64,000 nucleotides of DNA from NCBI GenBank assembly GCA_964016885.1, contig OZ024742.1:195796001-195860000 (forward strand), in the 5' to 3' direction. The notes below the pieces were generated by a model. That model ran no database searches. It saw only the letters and a list, made by a program, of their open reading frames with translations, and was not told the origin of the DNA. Each line of letters begins with the position of its first letter. Within the stretch, counting starts at the first letter, position 1. Source of the stretch: Eledone cirrhosa (lineage: Eukaryota). This document shows positions 32,385 through 47,115 of the stretch, piece by piece. Both the position numbers and the translations under genes were made by a program.

Positions 32385-32650
32385 AAAAGTGAGGAAGAAG
32401 GTGTCAAGTCCCTGAAATCGATGAACATAAGTTCTGTGAAATCGTGAACGAGAGAGAATAAAGACCATCAAACCTGGTCGAAATGTGAGCAAGGAAAGAA
32501 TTTTGCACAGGTCAAACGGGAGGAAGAAGGAGTCAAGTCCCTGAAATCGGTGAACATAAGTTCTGTGAAATCGTAGATAAATAAAGAACATCCGACCTGG
32601 TCAAAGTATGCGTGAGGAAAGAATTTCGCACAGGTCAAACGGGATGAAGT
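32385..32650. repeat. ~129-bp diverged tandem repeat (two copies plus a partial third)
   Basis: gaggaagaagg.gtcaagtccctgaaatcg.tgaacataagttctgtgaaatcgt at 32391 and 32520. Confidence 0.75.
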
Positions 32651-33037
32651 AGGAGAGGGAGTAGCAGAGAGTGAGTGAGTGAAATGTGAGGAAGAGGCTA
32701 ACAGAGAGAGTGGCTGGTAGAGGGGGTAAAGGGAAGTGAGAGATACAGAGAAAAGAGATTAATCATTAAAAGGTATCTATTTTTGAAGTTCTAGTTAACT
32801 TTATGTATTTGTTAACTACTAGCCATGCGTGGTTACACGCTTGTAAAAATTATCTCCTGTGATTATTCATGTTTATATTTATTTATATATATGTTCATCA
32901 ATTCCTAGTTATTATAAAATGCTCGCACCTACAAAGTCTTTGAGCTTATTTTCTAGGCGATATGGCGCATTCCGTTAAGGCATGACACCCACAATTTCGA
33001 CTTAGATTGAATTCATTTGGTTTTATCTTAATTTTGG

Positions 33038-33097
<60 letters not shown>

Positions 33098-33745
33098 TTA
33101 TCATTATTTGTCTAACTAATTTCTACGGACTAAGGAGAAAGATTGGGTAAATTTTATCTGACTGTTCCTCATAAAGGAATATCGATAACATTTGTCTGTT
33201 ATTTCTTCAAAGTTACATTTTAAACTTAGTTCCGTTTAATTTCTACGGACTAAAAATTGGATAAATTTTGTCTGACTATTCTGCAAACTTATAATTTTAT
33301 ATATATACTAGCTGAGTTGCCCGGGTTACTGCTGTTCTTATTCAGATTAGTGAACAATAAATATGAAGATATGTTTTTGTTTTTTTCCTCAGAATTATTT
33401 CAAAATATCTATATTTTATTTTTTTTAAATATCAATTGTAATGATAATAGAATTTAGAAATGAAAATCTGTCAATCTTGAAGCACCTTAGGGTAAACAAT
33501 ATTCATTATTGTTGGTGTCCAAATGAATAAATTGTTGCTACACACTCACACACGTACACTCTCACATATACTCTGCAAACGCAGACACATTCACGCAGAC
33601 CTATTACTCGTCTCTCAACACATATGTATGTGTAGATGTTTGTGTGTGTTTAATTCTCTGTGTCTGAAGCTAATGTGTATGCAACTTACTAAGGCTATAT
33701 GTGTGTATGTTTAATTCTCTGAGGCCTAACATACGTAACGAACTC

Positions 33746-33835
<90 letters not shown>

Positions 33836-34095
33836 ATACACACTCATATACAAAATGTGACGTCGTCGTCGTCGACGACTATTTAAACGGGGCTATAAGT
33901 TTAAAATGTAACTTCGAAGAAATAATAGACAAATAATACAGACTATTTTCCGCGAGGAACAGTTAGATAAAATTTATTCAGTCTTTCCTCTTAGCCCGTA
34001 GAAGTTAACTAGACAAATAATCAATTAAACAGAGATAAGTCTAAAATATAAGTTAGAAGAAAAAATGCATATAAACTTTACCAAAATTCCTCTAG

Positions 34096-34179
34096 TCCCG
34101 ACTATCGATAGTTTCGCTCGTACTTTGTGGATATGTCCAATCCTGGTATTATCCATGAGGCTTAGAGCTTATCAAGAGA
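34096..34179 (-). ncRNA. Hammerhead ribozyme with U3-A8 core variant
   Basis: tctc-TTGATAA-GCTC...GAGC-GAAAC-TATCGATA-GTC-ggga. Confidence 0.8.
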
Positions 34180-35156
34180 TTCTTTCGGGTTTGGACTAAA
34201 ATTTCTACAGTGATTGCCGCCAGAAATAAATTCAAAAATCGCTAAGAATCATCACGTGGCTAGTGATCAAAGTAGAAGGTTGTGAATGGTGGCCAAGTGG
34301 CAGGTAGGCTGGCTGCTAGAAAGAGCAGTCAGATACTGCCTAATGATTACTCTACAGAACGGGTGTATATAATGAATTCATAGGGATGTGTTTATATATT
34401 TAGACATATATTTAGACATAGTCACAGATACATATATGAGTGTGGCTACCTTTCACGGTGTGGCTTAATGAAAAATTTAATTAAGCAAATAATTATTAAT
34501 CAGAGCTATATATAAAATTGCAAGTTTGAATAATTATTAGATAAAATATATCCAATCTTTCTTCACCCTAGTCCGTAGATATCAACTATAAGTTTAAAAT
34601 ATAACTTCGAAGAAATAATAGACAAATGATACAGATTATTTTCCGCGAGGAACAGTCAGATAAAATTTATCCAGTCTTTCCTCTGAGCCCGTAGAAATTA
34701 AATATGCATACTGCATACTTTTGGGCGACAATCTAAGATTATTTCTCTCTTAGCTATGTGACATACTTGCACAATTTACATGGTATTGTCTTTTGTCTTG
34801 TTTCAATCGTAAGACTTTTATGTAATAGTTTATAACCTCTATTCGCTGTTCTACTTGAAAATGTTTCATTTTGTATCAACCTGTACCGTCTCTTGGTTTG
34901 TCCCATCTGTATCACTATCTGTACATACACACTTATAACTGTCCGTTTCAATAGTAAGACTGTCTTCTTTTATATATTCACATGTAATCTCACTGCTCAC
35001 ATGTTTCCCTCGTCTTCCCTGGTTACTATGCTTATCTTTCGTCTCTTTCTATATTGTTACGTAGATGGGCTGAAAAGTTCATAAGTACACTATTAAAGAG
35101 AGGTGTGAAATTTTGCATGCATAAATTTCTACTCTTCTCTGTATCGTTTTTTTTTC

Positions 35157-35195
<39 letters not shown>

Positions 35196-35271
35196 GACTA
35201 TGAAGGAGTGATGCTAGTGCTGTGAAACCTTGCATGCATAAATTTCTACTCTTCTCTGCATTGTTTCTTTC

Positions 35272-35337
<66 letters not shown>

Positions 35338-35371
35338 ATGATTTGTTATGTATTCATTGCGTTTATTGACT

Positions 35372-35456
35372 GGTGACGCGCGTTTCGCTATTGATCAGCT
35401 CAATGTTTGATCTGTGTCGATCTGGCCCGAGTCTGGAATCAAAAGCTCGTCAGGCC
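35372..35456 (-). ncRNA. HHR in fold-back insert 35335-35660 (mirror copy 35532-35616, +)
   Basis: CTGACGA-GCTTTTGAT...ATCAATAGC-GAAAC-GCGC-GTC; stem I weak. Confidence 0.7.
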
Positions 35457-35650
35457 TCTGTTGTGGTAATGACAAACAGGAATCTAAGCATCGAGTGCTC
35501 ACTTGGGTGAACCTATAGTAACCACAACAGAGGCTCGACGAGCTTTTGATTCCAGAGTCGGGCCAGATCGACACAGATCGAACATTGAGCTGATCAATAG
35601 CGAAACGTGCGTCACCAGTCAATAAACGCAATAAATACATAACAAATCAT

Positions 35651-35681
<31 letters not shown>

Positions 35682-35685
<4 letters not shown>

Positions 35686-35810
35686 AACGAGTAGGACCCC
35701 GACGGCTGAGCTCAAGCCGTTTCGACGGCTAATTCTGGACTAGAATTCTTGTCCAGAATTAGCCGTCGAAACGGCTTGAGCTCAGCCGTCGGGGTCCTAC
35801 TCGTTCCTAT
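35682..35810. repeat. GC-rich perfect fold-back palindrome next to (TA)n
   Basis: Arms ~35682-35740 and 35751-35810. Confidence 0.9.
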
Positions 35811-35969
35811 TACCCACTCTACTACCCTAAGTATTGAGTACTTTGGTGCGTTATGGTCCACCTGGTTCCTTACCACATTTCCTTCGTTATATATATATAT
35901 ATCGACAGTGGATCGACTTATGTCAAATTGGACCGAGGAAACAATGTTTCCATTGGTCTTTCCAATTGA

Positions 35970-36090
35970 TAATACTATCTATCAACGTGAAATAAAGTGT
36001 CTTCCTTGAGGATATAACGCGTTGTTCAGTCAGGGAATTGAACTCACAACCTTACGATTGCGAATCCAATTCTCTAACCACTCAACCATA
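35970..36090 (-). mobile_element. tRNA-derived SINE head (second family; relatives at 9275-9410 and 56860-56960)
   Basis: Minus strand tggttgagtggttagag...gagttcaattccc. Confidence 0.6.
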
Positions 36091-36149
36091 CATGTATACA
36101 TATATACATATATATAAGTGTTTGTGTGCGTGTGCGTGTGCGCACGCTC

Positions 36150-39100
36150 ACATGACCCAACAACAACAACAACAACAACAACAACACGCAAACACAACCA
36201 AAACAAGAACAACAAACCAACCTGCAAGCACAGTCCCACCCAAACCCACTCCACCTAAAACCACTGCAAAAACACCCACAAACACAACAGCTCCCCAAAA
36301 CATACCCCTTCCAAATAACACAGACACCACAACGGACGTGGCCCCCACATCATCACCAAGTGATGAAGAGGGAGAGCCCTTCCGTTCGAAAAGAAAGAAG
36401 AAAAGACACCACAAGAACAAAAAAAACAACAAACATCACTACAAACATACAACCACCAACACAAACAACACAAACATTACAAACAAAAACCCCCCGTCCC
36501 CTAAACAAAACCACGACATCACTCCAAACACAAACACCTACAACAAAACGAAAGCTCCCACAAGAACAACAGACAAAAACCACCGCAACACAACAAGAAC
36601 ATTACACATGCATAAACAGTAAAAACAAAACTTTAATGGAGGTCATCTCCAACGACCCTTCGATGAAAACCGAAGGGAAAACTTTTTCGAACTGTGTAGA
36701 CAAACCTAATTTAAAGATGATTAGGGTCCCTACGGACACCTATAAGTCTTTAAAGGAAAACTTTCCTAAGGACGTGGGTAATCCTTGTGTTAAACCCATT
36801 AACCGCGTCCTTTTAAAAAGTTTCCCCACCCTCACCCCACACACACCCACCCCAGACACCCACACCCCACCAAACATCTCCGTCCCCACCCCGCCGGAAA
36901 CCACCACCCACCCAGACAACTCCTCTAACACCCCCATGGAAGGCGTGCAGCCTGATCCCCAGGAGACGAAGAGGTGAGTGTTTTCTTCTACTCTTTTATC
37001 TTTTCAGCACCAACATGGCCAATATAAGAGTTGGGTGTGTGAATGTACGCGGCCTGGGGATGCCCTGGAAACAGGGCAAACTCTTAAACGACCTCAAGTC
37101 GCACAGTATGGATGTAGTAGCCATTTGCGAATCCAGGATCCACAGCGAGCGACAGCTGACCCCATCTTCGATGACTTTGAGATCTACGCATCTCTCTGTC
37201 AGCGGGGGGTGGGGGAGGAGTTGCCGTTTTGCTGCGGAAACACCTGGGCCTCGTAACACAAACGGTACATCTGGACCCGGAGGGTCGACTGGTGGTCCTA
37301 GACGTTGACAGTAGTGAAGGTGGAGCCTTCAGGCTGGTGGCCGCATATGCCCCATCCGGGACACCGCGGCCAGACTTCTTCAAACGTCTAGAGACTTTTC
37401 TGGGAACGTCCCGCTCCTTGCTTTTAGTGGGGGACTGGAATGGAATCCTAGATGCACGTTTGGACTATGTGGGAGCATGTCCCGATAAAGGGGGTGTAAC
37501 ATCCTCAAACAGTTAATCGGCCGATTTGACCTGGCCGATAGATATCGACTAGATTTTCCGACTGTGCCACTGTGGACGTGGACTAATCTTAGCGGAACAT
37601 CTAGATCGTACCTAGATAGGGTTCTAGTTAGAAATAAGGATAGGGACATGTTAAGCTGTCCACAAATGTTCATGGTTGCCTATTCAGATCACAAACTAGT
37701 GACCTGCATCGTTAACCTTGATAGAACCCATAAACAAGGACCCGGCTACTGGAAGCTGAACTTGTCATTACCAACATGCAAAGCCTACAGTAGACGGATT
37801 AGCACTTTAGTTAAACAGCACTTGACAGGGGCCATCGTCAACAACAGATGGTGGTACTCTCTCAAGAGGGCATTTAGATTAGACTCGTTAATTTTTAGTA
37901 AAGAATTAGCGTTAGATAGAAATAGAACCGAGAAAGAACTGGTAGATAAAGTAGAAGAGGCAATTAAAAGTGGCAACGTAGCCAGCGTGCTAGCAACGAC
38001 CAGTTCTTCGACGCAAAGCATGAGGCTGCGTTGTCAGAGGCAAAATACGTGCTCTGGGAAACGAGGGAGCCAAAGCTGTTAGCTGGGCCCGGGTGACGGA
38101 GGCAAAAAGTGGCAACAAGTCCACCATTCGGTCTTTGAAGGACCAAAACGGACGCGTGATACGTGAGCCGAAGCAGATGTGTGCGGCCTTTCAGCGGCAC
38201 TTTGCTCAGCTGTTCGGGCAGGGCGCCGCGCCGGGAGAGGCTATGGATTTCGGTCCATACCTCGATGGCCTACCGCGACTCTCGGACAGCGAGGCAAAGT
38301 TCTGCGAAAAGCAGATTTCAGCCGCTGAGATAGGGGACGCGCTGAGCCAATGCGGCAAACGCAAATCTCCAGGTCTCGACGGTCTACCCTACGAATTTTA
38401 CGTAGCAATGCCGGACTTATTCTCCGGTCTCCTGGAAGCGGTCTACTGCAACAGGCAACAGAACGGGAGAATTCCCAGTTCTGTGACCGGGGGCGTAGTC
38501 ACACTAGTCAGGAAGGACGAGAATAAGGGGGATGACATAGGCAACTTCCGGCCCATAACTCTGCTAAACACAGAGTTACAGATGTTGGCCAAGGTGTTGG
38601 CAAAGAGGCTGGCGCTTGACGTCGAGAACCTGGTGGGAAAAGCGCAGACATGCGCAATCCCGACCAGGTCCATACACGATTACCTCCACCTCATGCGATA
38701 CATTATAGAGAGGGTAGGGTGTAAACCCGGCTTCGGTAGGGCCCTGATCAACTTGGATCAGTCTAAGGCTTTCGATAGGGTTGACCATCGTTACCTGGAT
38801 GCGGTGCTCGAGGCGGCAAGCTTCGGGCCCGTGTTCAGGGGCTGGATTGCTGCAATGCATAACAGCAACATCTGCTCAAGAGTTAAGGTGAACGGCTACC
38901 TCTCGTAGCCGTTCCATATCACGCGATCCATTCGACAGGGATGCCCTCTCTCCTCTCTTCTGTACGTATTGACTCTCGAGCCACTACTACGGAAGTTGGA
39001 GCTATTGCAAGACATCCCTCTGGAACCAGGACTGCGGAAAGCGGCATCGGCCTACGCATATCGAGGAAGTCGGCACCTTACTGAAGGAATACGAAAGGTT

Positions 39101-40640
39101 CACAGGAGCGAAGCTGAACCGGGGCAAGTCCATCGGTTTGCAACTCGGATCGTGGAGAGGCAAACCGATGCCTTCCCGTGCCGCCGTCGGACGCTGGACG
39201 GAAGGACCAGTAAAGCTGCTCGGGGTCTGGTTTGGTCCGGACCTCCAGGTGGAGAAGAACTGGAACGAGGTGTCGGCTAAGGTGTTTGCTCTCACCCAGA
39301 AGTGGGCCGAGTGCAAACTATCCTTGAAAGGTCGAGCGGAGGTGGCGAACACTTTTATAGCGTCCGCCATCTACTACCGCTTGACCGTCGTGCCTTGTCC
39401 AGCCAAAACGCTCGCCAAAATGGAGCGCGCGCTCTTCCAATTCCTTTGGAAGAGGCGGGCTCCTTTGGTGAGAAGATCCATCTGCTGCTAACGCCCTTCC
39501 AACGGAGGGCTGGGGTTGCCGCGGCTGACGATGCGCAAACACGCGCTCAGGCTGCGGCATCTCTACGTATTCCTCACCGGACAACCGGTGTGGCCCCGTT
39601 CGTGAGGCGAGCCTTCCCACGACTCGTCTCGCTGACCGAGCTGCAGCCCTGGGTCAAGCAAAGACCGAAGAAAATGGGCGACTGGCACATCGAATGTGCT
39701 CAAGCGCTCACAGCCCTCTGGCAGGCGGACCGGCGATCAGTGGAGACTCCACTTCGTCATTCTATAGAGGGTTGATCCGCAGCAAGTGCGACGACGTACC
39801 CGGTGAAACTCTGGGCGTAGAGGAAGACGAACTGGCCAGTCTGTTCGGTAGGACCTTCCGCCCGGGACCGATGGACAACTTCCAAACGTCTCTGGCCTGG
39901 CAGTGCTACTGAGGAGCTCTACCAGTTCGAGACAAGCTCTACAGACATGGGCGCCCGGGCAGGGACTCTGCAAAAAAGATCTGTCCGAGGTGCGTGCGAG
40001 ACGAAGAAACCGTCGCGCACGCATTCATACACTGCCCGGGCGTCACCGACCTGTGGGGCTATGTGGAACGACTATTGTCGCGGGTGGGACCAATCCGGTT
40101 GACCACCGAGTCCATTGTCATGATCAAACCGCCACCCTCCTTCAAAAACGAAGGAGAGGCGGTTTTCCTTTGTGTGATAGCTATGGCGAAAGAGGTTGTA
40201 TGGTGGACAAGGTTGAAAGGGCTGAGGTCAGACACCTTTCTCTCCGGCCAACAACTGATTCTTTTTTACAAATACCACTTTGGAAGAAGAATCAGGATGG
40301 AGAGAGAGGTGCTGTAACCCAGCAAGTTTTATGAAAGGTGAGTGAAAGTGGCGAGAATGGCCCGAGTGAATGGGCCTTGTCTCTATATCAGCCTGTAGGC
40401 TGAGGAAAAAGAGGAGGAGAGGAAAGGAGTACAAGCTCTTCGTACTCCTGGAGATGAGGGTTGCACATTTTTTTTCGGGGGTATGTGTTACCCATATGAA
40501 ATGTCTCCCCCTATTGGGGAAAATCGACTAATTTTTAAATTACATTTGTGATAATATTTTACACGTTTTTATTGTATGTAAACTTTCCCCTTTGTATTTG
40601 TCCCCTTCTTTTGTGCCCCTGTGGCTAATAAAGAAACATA
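36150..40640 (+). pseudogene. Tx1/L1-clade LINE: ORF1 remnant plus frameshifted ORF2 (APE-RT-CCHC)
   Basis: MANIRVGCVNVRGL, GDWN, SYLDRV, SDH, KSPGLDGLPYEFY, FRPITLLN, LDQSKAFDRVDH, C-terminal C..C..ET..H....C; AATAAA near 40628. Confidence 0.93.
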
Positions 40641-40934
40641 TCTGTAGGCGGGCGGACGTGAAATTAATGATATTGAGAAAATATAGCCTTCTCTAGACTG
40701 AACAGGAAAAATAACTGGTTTTAAATAAACAAGATTTTAAATAAACAAGATTTGGTAGACGTATAGTTTTATTGGTATGGCTTTTAAGACATGTTATAGA
40801 AAGTTATATTAGAGTGTTGGGGTGTTGTGTTGGGGCAGAGGTTTATCTAGGATATTGTAGCAAAAAGAGTAGGTTTGAGGTGAAGACCTGTAAATAAAGT
40901 TTAAGGGTGTTGTAAAAACTATTGCTCATCTTAC

Positions 40935-41072
40935 CGAGGTGTAATAAACAGCGTCTTCAACTTCGTTAACAATATGAGTTTTGATGTTGAACTCTCTAGC
41001 CATCCGTAGTAACCGATTCTGTGTTGGCCCCACATATGCTCCACCAAGATCTTCATAATCGATATCTTTATT
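40935..41072 (-). CDS. MAO: Monoamine oxidase (flavin amine oxidase) exon, equivalent to human MAOA exon 3
   Basis: ctattag|AAT...TCG|gtaaga; 138 nt, phase 0/0; NKDIDYEDLGGAYVGPTQNRLLRMAREFNIKTHIVNEVEDAVYYTS matches the MAO DxGGAYVGPTQNR motif. Confidence 0.95.
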
Positions 41073-41249
41073 CTAATAGAGAAAGACGTGAAAAATAAAA
41101 CGATATTAAGGAAATATAAAAGAAAGAGAGAAAAATGGAAAAAAGAAATCTCATCAAAAACTGTCATTTAAATGGAAATTGTTTTTTTTTTTATTTTCAG
41201 ACAATAACAACATTGAAATGGAGGTATTGGACGATGAATCGATGCAGAT

Positions 41250-41463
41250 CGGAATTGGCAGAATCGGTAGAGCGTCGGCCACATGTTTTGCAGCGTAGAG
41301 TTATGGCCCTTTACGTTCTGAGTTCAATTCCCGTCTAGGGTAACTTTGCCTTTCATCCTTTCGGGGTCGATAAAATAAACACTAGTAATGTTCTGGGATG
41401 GATTTAATCGACTTTCCCCTCTCCGAAAATTGATAGCTTTGTGCCTAAATCAGAAACAATTAT
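41250..41463 (+). mobile_element. SINE-A copy
   Basis: A/B boxes and core. Confidence 0.8.
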
Positions 41464-41679
41464 CATAGGAACTAGGTACAAGAATTGAACATAAAAAGTG
41501 ATAGTCTGGGTTTTCACAAATAATCTTCAATTCAGCACCCTACTGGTGACATCCAGTTAAGATTGAAGTATAAGAAAAGTATGAGAAAAGTCGACATGGA
41601 AAAACAGCACAGGAAGCACAATACAATACAATGATCGTGTATTAGTTTAGTGCTTGATATTGTTGGAAAACAGTCTGAA

Positions 41680-41716
<37 letters not shown>

Positions 41717-41777
41717 CGTAAAATAATAAAACTTTAAAAAAAATTTAAAAAAATTAACTTACTTACTTAAATTTTCA

Positions 41778-41857
41778 CTCCAACTAATTAGTTTCTGCAA
41801 TGGGATAAAGACAGTTACGTAATGAACTGTTGAGAATTTCATTGCGTCATCAGGGAG
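41778..41857 (-). ncRNA. Type-I hammerhead ribozyme inside a (TA)n-flanked inverted insert (~41705-42003)
   Basis: ctcc-CTGATGA-c-GCAATG...CATTGC-a-GAAAC-TAATTA-GTT-ggag. Confidence 0.88.
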
Positions 41858-42222
41858 GTCTATTCTCAGCCAAGTCTCCAGGCAATGCGCGGACACTGGG
41901 GACTCATATAAAAATTAATAATAATTCGGTAAATGGAACAGCTATCGGGGACTTAATTTTTTTAATTTTTTTTTTAAATTTTCTTATTTTACGTCTTTTA
42001 TATTATTATTCTGCATCCTCCTGCATTGAACCACCTAGGTACTATGACATAACCTGTGTATTTGCTGGCATTAGCGTACATCTGTGCGCTTATGTTAGTA
42101 GATATATTAAATTATCTATATATATATATATATATATATGTTTATCTCAGGTTCAATCGGGGGTAACCACAGTAAATAAGGTACTCAATACATAGCAGAG
42201 TATAAATATTTAATATAGAAAT

Positions 42223-42273
42223 GGCTTCTACAGGACTAGAACTGTTTCATTCGGGAGAAATCATCAGGAAGCC
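42223..42273 (-). ncRNA. Hammerhead ribozyme at the centre of a fold-back (mirror copy 42275-42319, +)
   Basis: GGCTTC-CTGATGA-t-TTC/tccc/GAA-t-GAAACAG-ttctagtc-CTGTA-GAAGCC. Confidence 0.85.
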
Positions 42274-42324
42274 GCTGATGATTTCTCCCAAATGAAACAG
42301 TTCTCGTCCTGTAGAAGACATTTT

Positions 42325-42389
<65 letters not shown>

Positions 42390-42407
42390 AAAGAATAGAG
42401 GTGTAAC

Positions 42408-42918
42408 AGCATTTTCTATTCCGTTTACCAATATATAATAATATATTGGTAAACGGAATAGAAAATGCTGACAAATTGTTCACAGTGAAAAATAGTTTAA
42501 TTAGGAATAAGTGAGAATTAGTAATTGTATTGGTTAGTATTCAGTTTTGGTTTTAAGTTTTACCGGTTGCGCATTTCTAATGCTTTTCAAAAATAATTTT
42601 GAGATAGAGCGTCCGTGATGTTTGCTCTGATCTGATTAGTTTTGGGAATTCTACCTGTTTTTATGTTAAAATTTAATACCGCTGGAGCCACTTTTTTAAC
42701 ATAAAAACAGGTAGAATTCCCAAAACTAATCAGATCAGAGCAAACATCACGGACGCTCTATCTCAAAATTATTTTTGAAAAGCATTAGAAATGCGCAACC
42801 GGTAAAACTTAAAACCAAAACTGAATACTAACCAATACAATTACTAATTCTCACTTATTCCTAATTAAACTATTTTTCACTGTGAACAATTTGTCAGCAT
42901 TTTCTATTCCGTTTACCA

Positions 42919-42920
<2 letters not shown>
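42408..42920. repeat. ~225-bp fold-back inverted duplication between (TA)n tracts
   Basis: 42445-42670 is the reverse complement of 42694-42920. Confidence 0.9.
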
Positions 42921-43000
<80 letters not shown>

Positions 43001-43025
43001 AGAAGAAGAAGAAGAAGAAGAAGAA

Positions 43026-43079
<54 letters not shown>

Positions 43080-43633
43080 GAAGAAGTTGACGGGACTAGC
43101 ATAAGTTTCACTGCTAGTACCGGTTGCATCTCAGCGTACTCAATTGGTAATGTTAAGTAAACTCCCAGAGTAGACACAAAGTTATTTGTTTCAATACAAC
43201 ACACGTACCTTAAATATATACCCATACTCGAGTTTCACCCACACTTAATGCAGCAATAGAGTACACAGCATCCACTGTCTGCATTTATTATGCAACACTG
43301 CACAATCGGCGCATGTGGCTTCATCACTGGGTTTCGCCTAATCAATAACCAATCGATCGCCAGAATTCGATTCCAGTCCGTGTCGGCTATGGCAGTGAAT
43401 GTAATAGGCGACACAGTAATATGAAATCCTGAAATCCCTACGCTTCATTCCAATGCCGTCAACCGATTGGCTACTGGTTCAGAAATTTATATGAGGGTAG
43501 GAGTCGAAATTCAAATAGTTCCGCTCCCGCCATAACCACTCGCCAACAAATCTCAAACACAAATTAACAAGTGAGTGAAAAAACCGGTTATTAGTGAAAA
43601 TCAGTCTCCAATCGCTGTACAATAGAATGGCAG

Positions 43634-43684
<51 letters not shown>

Positions 43685-43728
43685 GTGTGTGTGTGTGCGT
43701 GCGTGTGTGTGTGTGTGTGTGTGTGTGC

Positions 43729-43862
<134 letters not shown>

Positions 43863-44137
43863 ATACATATAGAGAGAGAGATAGAGAGAGTGGGGAGAAG
43901 AAAAGTCAACAAGAAAAAACAATACGGGAGATCAATACAATAAAATGACGATATACAGTTGGAAAAGATTCTTAACGTTTCAAAAGCTAGTCCTTCACCG
44001 GAAGATAGAATGAGAGGGAGGAGCAGTAAGAGAGACGGGTGATAAAATAGAAAACGGGAGAAAAGGGAGATAGGCGAGAAAGCACGAGTCGCTGTTAGTT
44101 AGTCATCTTGGAATTCTCTTATTTTGTATCTTCATTA

Positions 44138-44357
44138 GGGCGGTGGATTGGCAGAATCGGTAGAACATCGGACAACGAGCTTAGTGACATAGAGTTACGG
44201 CCCTTTACGTTCTGAGTTCAAATCTCGCCGAGGTTAACTTTACCTTTCATCCTTACTGGGTCGATAAAATAAAGTACCAGTCACGCACTGGTGTCGATTT
44301 AATCGACTTTCCCCTCCCCCAACATTGATGACCTTGTGCCTATATAAGAAACCATCA
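44138..44357 (+). mobile_element. Full-length SINE-A
   Basis: A/B boxes, core and tail. Confidence 0.85.
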
Positions 44358-44629
44358 TTTTCCTTCTTCATTATTTTTTTTAAATTTGAAATAGAATAAA
44401 TGGGATGAACATCCGTCTGTTTGATTGAAACTCCGTCTCTTGAAATTCACGTGTTCGAGGCTCAACATTCCACAGACACGTGTACCCTTAACATAATTCT
44501 ATCTTGTGCTCTGTTTTGTTGATTTCCTGTGGTTTTCACTTTTATACTCTCCTCAGCGTCTTAGGTACTTAAGGCCAAAACTGTTATCATTCATCATTTG
44601 CACAGAAAATAGGACTATTATTGGATCTT

Positions 44630-44790
44630 CTAGTCCTTGGCCCTAGGACCACCTCCCTACTCACCTCCATCGGCATCGAGTTAGGTATCCGCAGGTGTCA
44701 GACTCGCTGGAGTGGCTTTTCCAACGCCTCTCCACCAACCATCCTCCGGGGAAACGCCTTCTCTATTCTCGCGACCGGGGCCACGAGGCG
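44630..44790 (+). pseudogene. CRE-like RLE retrotransposon C-terminal fragment
   Basis: WLFQRLS-(frameshift)-ILRGNAFSILAT resembles the xFQRLSxAIxRGNA C-terminus of CRE-like elements. Confidence 0.55.
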
Positions 44791-45521
44791 GCCGGCGCTT
44801 GGACTCCCGTTTGCTTATGATAGTGAGAGATGGGTAGAGTGAGAGTGACGGATGCAGAGAGAGAGATAACTTCAACGCACACACACATTTGATTAGAAAA
44901 AGTTGACGTTTTTGACTGTACAGTAGGACAGCATAAATAGTGTATGTACTATATAGTGGGTTCACTAGAACTTTTGACTATCTGTCCACAAGTAAATTTA
45001 CTATCAACAATTGAATTAACAAGGACCTTAAACACACAGTACCTTCCTAAGTATATGTGTAGCGCTTAAAAGGGCAGTCTTTTGTAGGAGAGCACCTTCT
45101 ACTGCCTCTGATAAGTCTCAACAAGGACCTTAAGCACACAATACATTCCTAAGTTTATGTGTAGCGCCCAAAACTCTGATGACAATTGGATATATATCCA
45201 TGTTAAGTGCAATCTTGATCTTCAAACCAGTATATTTTGTTATTTTTTCAATGTTTTCCAGGGTTATGTTTTGCTTTCCTGGAATGGTAACATCAAGATC
45301 TGACATCCACGTCTATTTCTTAAGCATAAATACAATATCAGGACTGTTGTAATCAAGTCTGCATTACGTTTGGATAGAGAATAGAGAAGTTCCAGAGTAT
45401 CTTGGGTTTGTCTCTGACATTTTCCTGGGACATGCTGGTGCCACTTGTCGGACATCCGATATCCATTTGTTTCAACTCCTCATTAACGAAGCTTATACCT
45501 TTCTTCTGTACACTTTACATT

Positions 45522-45728
45522 GTTAGTATCGGTAGACCGTCGGACACCATGCTTTGCAGCGTAGAGTTATGCCCCTTTACGATCTGAGTTCACATCTCGC
45601 TGGGGTTAGCTTTGCCTTTCACCTGTACGTGGTCGATAAAATAAAGTACCAGTCATGTGCTGGGGTCGATTTAATCGACTTTCCCCTCAAATTGTTGACC
45701 TTGAGCCTAAAGTAGAAACAATTATTAT
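45522..45728 (+). mobile_element. SINE-A copy
   Basis: Core and tail. Confidence 0.8.
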
Positions 45729-45841
45729 TACATAAACTGACGCTTACAACGCAAACGCCATGTTTCACAGGGGTAGTTCACAGTAGAACTAACTGTGAAA
45801 TATGACAGCTGAGTCAATTTTATCTAATAATAATTATTATA

Positions 45842-45919
<78 letters not shown>

Positions 45920-46098
45920 GTGAGGGTTTTTTTACAAAATGAAAAATAACCGAGGTGTCCTACACGAGTGGAAGTATAAAGAAAAAGGGATGAAATCGAA
46001 AATGCAACTGGAGTCTTATTTTTTTTTTTTTTTAAATATATATATTTAAAAAAAAAAAAAATAAGACTCCAGTTGCATTTTCGATTTCATCCCTTTTT

Positions 46099-46166
<68 letters not shown>

Positions 46167-46312
46167 TGTCTTTAAAGCGTAGAAATATCCTAGACCCCCA
46201 GTAGACAACTGATGAGGAAAACTAGTGCCCCCCCCCCCTGTTCTTGTTTTCTTCGTATTCCCACTGCATTTTAAGTTACCTTAAATACCAACTACACACC
46301 CATTTCTATTCT

Positions 46313-46346
<34 letters not shown>

Positions 46347-46350
<4 letters not shown>

Positions 46351-46715
46351 GATATTAAATAAATGGAAACTATATTTATAAAACCATATTTATTTCATTA
46401 TATATATTTCAGGGATATCATATTAACAATATGCTATGCCTTCCTCAGACAAAATACAATATAAACAGTTTTATAGATAAATAGATTTGACATACCGTAC
46501 AACATCGACTTGTATTTGAAAAGTTGAATTGGCAGTTCAATTTTTCAAATACAAGTCGATGTTGTACGGTATGTCAAATCTATTTATCTATAAAACTGTT
46601 TATATTGTATTTTGTCTGAGGAAGGCATAGCATATTGTTAATATGATATCCCTGAAATATATATAATGAAATAAATATGGTTTTATAAATATAGTTTCCA
46701 TTTATTTAATATCGT
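46347..46715. repeat. ~180-bp fold-back palindrome carrying an HHR in each arm
   Basis: Centre ~46531; family shared with 23948-24155. Confidence 0.9.
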
Positions 46716-46872
46716 AAATATACTCCAAATACTTGTCGAGTGCTTTTATATCAGTTATAAATATTTACTAGTTGTAACCCAACAATTTAAATATAACTTT
46801 CCATATATATATATATATATATATATATTTATGTATATTTATATATTGTTATACTTTGGGAGGATCATGTTG

Positions 46873-46959
<87 letters not shown>

Positions 46960-46979
46960 ATGTATATATATGTATAAAA

Positions 46980-47048
<69 letters not shown>

Positions 47049-47064
47049 ATATATATGTATAAAA

Positions 47065-47115
<51 letters not shown>

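Noticed and set aside
33305-33890. Possible Helitron/Helentron-type non-autonomous insert (actagctgagttgcccggg start)
   Set aside because: Termini are not clearly definable from a single copy
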